41,087 bases of DNA from contig CAXGWI010000018.1 in NCBI GenBank assembly GCA_964013405.1, forward strand, positions 1-41,087. Reading direction: 5' to 3'. The DNA comes from an uncultured Myxococcales bacterium (GTDB taxonomy: Bacteria; Myxococcota; UBA4151). Shown here piece by piece: positions 34,991 through 41,087 of this stretch. Below the pieces are notes generated by a model, which saw only the letters and a list, made by a program, of their open reading frames with translations, was not told the DNA's origin and ran no database searches. Position numbers and translations under genes: made by a program. Numbering within the stretch: the stretch's first letter is position 1; every line of letters begins with the position of its first letter.

Positions 34991-37103
34991 ACCCGATAGT
35001 TAAAGGCCCCGGACGCAGGAAGGCAAGTTCCGGGCAGGCGCGGGTGGCCCGGTTTGCCCGCAGAAGGAGGCAAACGGGGTGGTCGTCGGTCGGAAGAACC
35101 CTCGCTCCCTGTTCCCTCCAACGGGCAGTGATAATCGAATGGGGGTGCCCGTAGCGATCGTCGAGCCCCGCAGTGATCACGGCCCAGCGGGGGGCTGTTT
35201 CTGCCACGAGGGCTTGGCTCGAGCTGGTGCGACTTCCGTGGTGTGGCACCTTCACGCCGTCGGCCTGGCCCAGCCGGCCCCGGAGATCGAGTTCTCGGTC
35301 GGCTTCGATGTCGCCGAGGAAAAGCCAGCGCTGACCTTCGGTCACCAGGGCCACCGCGAGGGACCGGTCGTTAGCACCTCGTACCCAATCATCGGGCGCT
35401 GGGAGTCCCTGGATCGAAAAGTCGCCTAGTTTGAGTTGGAAGTCGTGCCCAAGGGTTGGGCGGCCACAGCCTTCGCTCGCCCGTTGGGCCTCGGGGGCCT
35501 GGATGGCTTCGGGCAGCCGCCAGGAAAACAGCGGATAGCGTCGACAGAGTGCGGGCAAGCCGCCGACGTGATCGGGATGTTCGTGGCTGACGATGACCAG
35601 ATCCGGGGGCGTCGGGCCGAGGAGGGGAAGGAGTTGGGATGCCAGTCGTCGGGGCGAAGGACCGGTGTCGATGACGATATGAACATCATCCTTTTGCAGG
35701 AGTGCCAGATCGCCGTGACCCACCGGAAGCTGCCAGTAACGGGCTCCTTCTGCGAAGGGGAGGGGGACGACTAGAACCGTCATTAGGGCGGCGGCCGCCA
35801 GCCATTTTTTGCGCACCCAAGCGAGGAGGATGAACCCGACGAGAAGCACGCTGAGCATCGAAAATGGGATGGAGAACTGCCAACCCATCGGGCTCTCGAC
35901 CGCAAGAGCAGCCAGACTCCGGAGGACTTCCAGCGGCGCCGCAGCCAGATCGAGAAGTTCGGCGGTGTTGCTTAAGGTGGCTAAAGCAAACACGCCCCAT
36001 GTCCAGGTAAAGACAACCAGGAAGAAGGGCATGAAAAGCACATTGGTCAGTGGCGTGAGCAAGCTGGTGCTAAACCCGAGGCTCCAGAGAAGAGGAAAGG
36101 TGCCGAGTCCGGCCACACAGGCACTCTGGAGCAGCCCCCGTCGAGCCCAGGGCAGGCCCACAAGTAACAAGGCTGCGCCATGACTCAGGAGGAAGCCCGC
36201 ATCCGCGCCCAGTTGGGGCTTCAGGAGTAGGAGGAGGCTCAAGCTCAGCACACCGGTGGACCAAGCGGATCGTCGAGGTAGGAACCAAGCGAGCAGGAGC
36301 CAGGTTAGAATCCGTAAGCCACCCACAGGCCAGCCACACCAGGCCCCCATCAGGCTGGCAACAAGGAGGCTCGCTATCAACTTTCGACGCCGGTCAAACA
36401 GCAGATCTGGATGCAGGGCCGTGACCCACCGCAAAACGCCGATGACGAGCACGAGCGCAAATCCGATGTGGAGCCCACTGACCGCGAGCAAATGGGCCAG
36501 TCCGGTCCGGCGAAAAGCCTCGCTGCCCTCGTGACCCCCGCGGGGCCTGGCGCCTACCGTGAGGGCCGAGGCGAGCCACGCATCTTCTTCCGAGAGGGCT
36601 CGGTACCAGCGCTGGACTGCCTGCTGTCGTAGGTGACAGAGAGGGGCAGTGCCAATGCGAGCCTGCTCGAGAACCTGGCCGCGAAATTGGCTGCGCGCAC
36701 CTCGAGCCAGCAAGTGCCGCCATGGGTCAAAGGTGCCGGGGTGGGCTGAGGGCGTCGGGCGTTGTAGCCGGCCATGGAGCCATAGCTGATCGCCGGGGCA
36801 AAGACCGGCCGGCGCTTGATAGAGCAAGAAGCGTCCTTGGGGACCGTCGACCGGGACGGACTCGCCGGGCCCAAAACTCGTGCCGGCCACAGCGACCCAG
36901 CCATTGATTTCGGCCGGCGGTGGGGTCTCGAATCGTTCCGCCCGGCCTAACAAGATCCCGCAACAGAGGCTCACCATACAAAGCCAAGGACGGGGGACGG
37001 TAAGGAGGATGGCGCCGCCGCACAAGAGGAGGCTGAAGCCAGGGGCAGGCCCCCAGAGGCCAAGGAGGATGCCACAGGCCGACGTCGCAGCGATCTGCAC
37101 CAT
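34923..37103 (-). CDS. comEC: ComEC/Rec2 DNA-uptake channel with a metallo-beta-lactamase domain
   Basis: FRRTGLAHLLAVSGLHIG, GFLLS, VGHGD, IDTG, SHEHPDHVGG, NDRS, GDIE, KVPHHGS, YGHPH. Confidence 0.93.
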   Translation of the reverse strand: MVQIAATSACGILLGLWGPAPGFSLLLCGGAILLTVPRPWLCMVSLCCGILLGRAERFETPPPAEINGWVAVAGTSFGPGESVPVDGPQGRFLLYQAPAGLCPGDQLWLHGRLQRPTPSAHPGTFDPWRHLLARGARSQFRGQVLEQARIGTAPLCHLRQQAVQRWYRALSEEDAWLASALTVGARPRGGHEGSEAFRRTGLAHLLAVSGLHIGFALVLVIGVLRWVTALHPDLLFDRRRKLIASLLVASLMGAWCGWPVGGLRILTWLLLAWFLPRRSAWSTGVLSLSLLLLLKPQLGADAGFLLSHGAALLLVGLPWARRGLLQSACVAGLGTFPLLWSLGFSTSLLTPLTNVLFMPFFLVVFTWTWGVFALATLSNTAELLDLAAAPLEVLRSLAALAVESPMGWQFSIPFSMLSVLLVGFILLAWVRKKWLAAAALMTVLVVPLPFAEGARYWQLPVGHGDLALLQKDDVHIVIDTGPSPRRLASQLLPLLGPTPPDLVIVSHEHPDHVGGLPALCRRYPLFSWRLPEAIQAPEAQRASEGCGRPTLGHDFQLKLGDFSIQGLPAPDDWVRGANDRSLAVALVTEGQRWLFLGDIEADRELDLRGRLGQADGVKVPHHGSRTSSSQALVAETAPRWAVITAGLDDRYGHPHSIITARWREQGARVLPTDDHPVCLLLRANRATRACPELAFLRPGPLTIGYGSDRSQPQPHGRTQGSVGRQW

Positions 37104-37222
37104 TCAGCGACCCTCCGCGACCCACTATCGTCGCTTCCCATTGAAGGTTTCTGCCGCTCCGCTCGTTGACGGAGGGCCGGGGGCAACCTATGCGGTGCAG
37201 CCGTCGGAGAAGGAGCCTGTCC

Positions 37223-38305
37223 ATGCGACGCTGTATATTGCTGGTTACGGTGGCTCTTGCCTGCGTCCAGCAGCCTGAGCCTGCCAAGGAGCAGAAAGCC
37301 ACAGAGAAGCCCACCGAGTCGGGCCTGGTCGGTAAGGTTGATGGCCACCCGATCACCGCAGCCGAGTTGCAACAGCGGGTCGACGCTCAAGTCGCCCAGT
37401 TCAAGGTGGCGGGCCGGAAGGTGACATCGACTTTTCAGCACAACACGCGCCGGGCCATTTTTCAGTTTCTCGTGGATCAGGAATTGGTTGCTCAGGAGGG
37501 CCAGCGTCAGGGCTTGGCGATCACGGACGAGGAGTTGGACCAGGCCATTGCGACCTTTAAGGATCGCTTCGGAACGCCAGCTGGCTTCGTCAAATATCTC
37601 AAGACGATCCAGCGAACGGAGGCGCAGTGGCGAGAAGACCATCGGAATCGTCTCCTCAGGGACCGTGTTCTGAACAGGATGGTGGGTGAGATCACGGTGG
37701 ACGAAAAAGAGGTGCGGGCCCATTTCGAAAAGCAGCCGGACCGCTTCGTTCAGCGGGAGCAGGTCCGTGCGGCTCAGATCCTCATCCCCTTTGGGGCCGG
37801 CAAGGGCCCCCATGGGTCTTTATCGCCGGCCGGGTCAAACGAGCCGGTCGCGGCTGAGAAAAAGCGCAAGGCGCTCAAAGAAGCCTTAGAGATCAAAGCT
37901 CGAGCGAGTCGGCCCGGAACAGCTTTTGGGCAACTGGCTCGTACGGAGCGCAAGGATCATCGCGCCAGTGCGGGCGGCGATTTGGGCTGGTTTCCTCGGG
38001 GGCGTCACCCCAAGCCGGTGGAAGATGCGGTGTTTGCAGCGACCAAAGGCCAGGTGCTCGGCCCCATCGAAAGCCGTTTCGGCTATCATATTGTGAAACT
38101 GATCGACCGCCGGCCCGAGGGGCGAAAGACCTTTGGGGAGGTACAGCAAGAGCTTCAGGATGAATTGCTGCGGCGGAAACGGGGCCGGGCCCGTCGAGTC
38201 GCGCTCTCGAGTCTGCGTAAAAAGGCAAGCATCGAGGTTCTTGAGCCCGGCTTGGAGCGCACGGAAGCGAAGGTTCCGCCGGCTCAAAAGACGGGGGGCC
38301 CGTAA
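37223..38305 (+). CDS. Parvulin-type peptidyl-prolyl isomerase lipoprotein (SurA/PrsA-like)
   Basis: AGGAG SD, ALA-C lipobox, SurA-like N-domain, VRAAQILI, GGDLGWF, ESRFGYHIVK. Confidence 0.9.
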   Translation: MRRCILLVTVALACVQQPEPAKEQKATEKPTESGLVGKVDGHPITAAELQQRVDAQVAQFKVAGRKVTSTFQHNTRRAIFQFLVDQELVAQEGQRQGLAITDEELDQAIATFKDRFGTPAGFVKYLKTIQRTEAQWREDHRNRLLRDRVLNRMVGEITVDEKEVRAHFEKQPDRFVQREQVRAAQILIPFGAGKGPHGSLSPAGSNEPVAAEKKRKALKEALEIKARASRPGTAFGQLARTERKDHRASAGGDLGWFPRGRHPKPVEDAVFAATKGQVLGPIESRFGYHIVKLIDRRPEGRKTFGEVQQELQDELLRRKRGRARRVALSSLRKKASIEVLEPGLERTEAKVPPAQKTGGP

Positions 38306-38308
38306 GGC

Positions 38309-40507
38309 ATGCTATCGGCCTCGCTTCTGTTGATGCTGACGCTCCCGCCCGTGGAGCAATCGCTGGAGGACCAGAAATATAATTTGGCCTGGCGTGCGCT
38401 GTCGGTGCCAAAGGGCAAGGCCGGGGCCAAGGATCGAGCGAAGTGGATCATCGAGGCGCCCGCCCTTGAGGTGGTTCAGGCGGCCCGGGCTGCCGAAGGC
38501 CGTAAAGACCATGCCTTTTGCGCCCAAGCCTTTGGGGCTGTGGCGGACCGATTACCCGAACTCAAAGACGACCTTGGGACGCGGGTTTTGAGTTGTGCTC
38601 GCAAGGCCAAGGATGACGAACAGGTCAAGAAGACCGCGACGGTCTTGCTCCTCGGACCCCATCGGGATGTGGGCCTGTTGGCCCTTGCCGGGCTGGAGGA
38701 TCGCGCCGCCCGTAAGGTGAAGAAAGGCGAGAACAAGGCCGAGAAGCAAAAGGCGATGGTGACATCGCTCCAGGCCCGCGCAGGCCAGTGCGACAGTCGA
38801 TGGTGCAAAGCCTCGATACTGGCCCTTGCTTCCGGACTGGCGACAGAAGAAGCTCAATGGGTTCTTGATGAACGCCTCGTCCGGGAGTTCAGTGATCTTC
38901 TTGCGGGCAAGAAGGCCTGGGAGCGCAGCCGGCGTGCCCTCAAGGCCGAGGCAAAGAAACCGAAGGGAAAGAGGCGGCCGTGGCTCGTCGAGTTAACCCC
39001 TCTGAGTCTGCTTGGTCGAGCCGAGACCCTACTCGCTGCCCACCAGAACAAGGATGCGGTTGAAGCGGCCCGGAAGGTCGTGAAGACCAGCAAAGAGCTC
39101 GACCATCGATGTCGAGCCCATGCGGCTCTTGGCCGGGCGTTGCGCAAGATGCGAAAGCATCGGGATGCGGTGAAATCCTATGGCGAGTTCCAAAAGCAAA
39201 AATGCCCGGGGGCGATCGGCGCAGGGGTCGCGTACGGGCGAATCTTTAGCCAAGTGATCATCGATCCTTCACCGATCCCCGCCCTCGTCGGCCAGGCATT
39301 GAAAGCGCACCCTGATCATCGGCTAAGTGACGACTACCTCTTCTTCCTTGGGGAGCATTACCAGCGGAAGAAGAAGCCGAAAGAGGCAGTCCTTGCCTAC
39401 GAGCGACTGGCGAAGCGGTATCCTCAGGGGGACATGGCCGAGGAGTCGGTTTGGCGTGTGGCTTGGACTCGTTATCTCGCTGAAGACCATGTGGCGGCGC
39501 GGACCCGCTTGGATGAGTTCTTGCGGCAAAAGGCAGGGGCCTCGGAGCATCGTAGCGCGGACCAGATACGAGCCCTCTACTGGCGGGCCCGATTGAGCCC
39601 GAAAAAGGAACGGGCGGCCCGGTACGAGGCACTCATCGATGAGCACCCCTTTACCTGGCATGCCGTGATGGGAACTCAGCGTTTGAAGGCCTTGGCAGCC
39701 CAAACGAAGAAGCCACTGTTCCCAGAAGCTCTTGCCGCCCGGGATCCGTCGCCAAGTTTGACCTCCGATCTTCGCTTTCGTCGGGGAGTTGGGCTGCTGG
39801 CTTTGGGCTTACGGCGACAGGCCGTTGAACTCCTGTCAAAGATCGATACCCGGCAACTTTCTGAAGGGGATCTCGAGGCGCTGACAGATCGCTTGATTCT
39901 CGCCGGCGGAGCTCACCATGCTGTGGGCATGTTGCGGCGTCTCCCTCTGTGGCGACAGGCTCCCAGTCCCACCAGTGGGCGCCTTTGGCGCTTAGCTTTT
40001 CCCCTCGGTTACAAGGAGGAGATTTTGAGTGCGGCGAAAGCTCAGGGAATTCCCCCTGCGCTCCTGTTTGGTCTCGTTCGAGAGGAGAGTGGTTTCGATG
40101 CCCAAGTGGACTCGTGGGCCGGAGCTCGAGGGCTCAGCCAATGTATGAAACCAACGGCGAGGATGGTGGCGAGAAAACATCGGGTCGCCGGGTGGTCCTG
40201 GGCGAAGATGCGCGAGCCGGCCATGAACCTGAAGATCGGTTCGCTGTATCTCGCCGAACTCATCAAACGCTTCGACGGTGCCTTTCCCCTGGCGGTGAGT
40301 TCATACAATGCTGGGCCTGGGGCGACGCGTCGAATGATCCGAGCGCGGCCCACGTTCGCCCTAGACGCTTGGGTGGAAGATCTCCCCATTCGCCAGACCC
40401 GAAAATACGTCCAGAGAGTCCTTTCATCGGCCTGGGTTTATGCAAACCTCTACCCGGATTTGGGAGGCTTGGATCTGGCCAATGTTAAGATCGTCAGCCT
40501 AAAGTGA
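38309..40507 (+). CDS. slt: Soluble lytic murein transglycosylase with TPR repeats
   Basis: C-terminal SLT domain VREESGF, GARGLSQ, SYNAGPG, TRKYV; ALYWRAR and helical repeats upstream. Confidence 0.9.
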   Translation: MLSASLLLMLTLPPVEQSLEDQKYNLAWRALSVPKGKAGAKDRAKWIIEAPALEVVQAARAAEGRKDHAFCAQAFGAVADRLPELKDDLGTRVLSCARKAKDDEQVKKTATVLLLGPHRDVGLLALAGLEDRAARKVKKGENKAEKQKAMVTSLQARAGQCDSRWCKASILALASGLATEEAQWVLDERLVREFSDLLAGKKAWERSRRALKAEAKKPKGKRRPWLVELTPLSLLGRAETLLAAHQNKDAVEAARKVVKTSKELDHRCRAHAALGRALRKMRKHRDAVKSYGEFQKQKCPGAIGAGVAYGRIFSQVIIDPSPIPALVGQALKAHPDHRLSDDYLFFLGEHYQRKKKPKEAVLAYERLAKRYPQGDMAEESVWRVAWTRYLAEDHVAARTRLDEFLRQKAGASEHRSADQIRALYWRARLSPKKERAARYEALIDEHPFTWHAVMGTQRLKALAAQTKKPLFPEALAARDPSPSLTSDLRFRRGVGLLALGLRRQAVELLSKIDTRQLSEGDLEALTDRLILAGGAHHAVGMLRRLPLWRQAPSPTSGRLWRLAFPLGYKEEILSAAKAQGIPPALLFGLVREESGFDAQVDSWAGARGLSQCMKPTARMVARKHRVAGWSWAKMREPAMNLKIGSLYLAELIKRFDGAFPLAVSSYNAGPGATRRMIRARPTFALDAWVEDLPIRQTRKYVQRVLSSAWVYANLYPDLGGLDLANVKIVSLK

Positions 40508-40760
40508 CCGGTCGGCCCAAGCGCTTGGCGAGGGCTTCGCAGCGTGGGCCCAGCAATCGTTCTTGCTCCGCATTCAGCCCCTTGAAGTTCACTTCGTGGG
40601 GACTGACGGTGACGGTGACTCCGGCCAGGACACCTGCATGGAGTTCAAAGCGCCCACCACCTTCTTCGTCGACTTGGAGTGAGGTCGTGAGCAGACGGGC
40701 CCAATCATTGCCGCCAGCCTTCAGCGCGGCTTCTGCTTGGGGGTATCGGCGGCGGTTCAT
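40494..40760 (-). CDS. Small hypothetical protein (88 aa)
   Basis: GGGAG SD before the ATG; fills the gap between slt and the next gene; protein-like composition. Confidence 0.55.
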   Translation of the reverse strand: MNRRRYPQAEAALKAGGNDWARLLTTSLQVDEEGGGRFELHAGVLAGVTVTVSPHEVNFKGLNAEQERLLGPRCEALAKRLGRPVTLG

Positions 40761-40795
40761 CGGAGGCTCCCTTGGGCAAGGATAAAGCCGTAAGG

Positions 40796-41087
40796 GTGGA
40801 CTTGGAAAGCTGGTTCGACCGGTACCGGGACCATTGTCCTAGCGTTTTGTTGGGTGCTGATGGCTTTCCCGGGGGCGAGCGGAGTCTGCTCCTCCATGAC
40901 CCCATACAGGAACGGGTGCTGGAAGCCGGTGACGTGGACGGACTCAGTGGTGCATTGGCCTCAACCCGTGGTGGAGAGGGGGTCTGGGTCGGCTATCTTA
41001 GCTACGATTTCGCCCTTCCTTTTGTGAAAGAGCGTTCCTGTCGGCCGCCGGTCGTTTCGGGCTGGCCCGCGGCCCTTTTGCGGTACT
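40796..41087 (+). CDS. 5' part of a probable aminodeoxychorismate/anthranilate synthase component I family gene (runs off the window)
   Basis: Not in the ORF track because there is no stop in the window. Frame translates ...LLLHDPIQERV...GEGVWVGYLSYDF..., the PabB/TrpE N-terminal motif. Start codon uncertain. Confidence 0.6.
   Translation, partial: MDLESWFDRYRDHCPSVLLGADGFPGGERSLLLHDPIQERVLEAGDVDGLSGALASTRGGEGVWVGYLSYDFALPFVKERSCRPPVVSGWPAALLRY

Overview
GC-rich, densely packed bacterial chromosomal segment. Gene content and style suggest Myxococcota or a related deltaproteobacterium (inference): Cys-rich lipoproteins, kinase-STAND-TPR proteins, PEGA and FG-GAP proteins, and lysS-lol-bamA synteny. 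Most of the window is housekeeping or envelope genes: lysS (partial), LolC/E-LolD, bamA, SMUG1-type UDG, trmL, DUF192, PP2C phosphatase, ABC1/UbiB kinase, recX, a pilT paralog, a giant coiled-coil protein, exbB/exbD with lipoproteins, fadD+SCP2, a metallophosphoesterase-like lipoprotein, dgt, an FG-GAP lipoprotein, rpmB, tRNA-Ala(CGC), a PEGA protein, comEC, a PPIase, slt and the start of a PabB/TrpE-like gene. The standout is a translationally coupled tandem pair of paralogous kinase-STAND NTPase-TPR genes (7109-14058) with reciprocally degenerate motifs. Protein 1 has an intact kinase, eroded Walker A/B motifs and an extra N-terminal winged HTH. Protein 2 has a pseudokinase but canonical Walker motifs. 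A PP2C phosphatase lies just downstream. No mobile element or CRISPR array was seen. All calls are from motif reading by eye; no searches were run.
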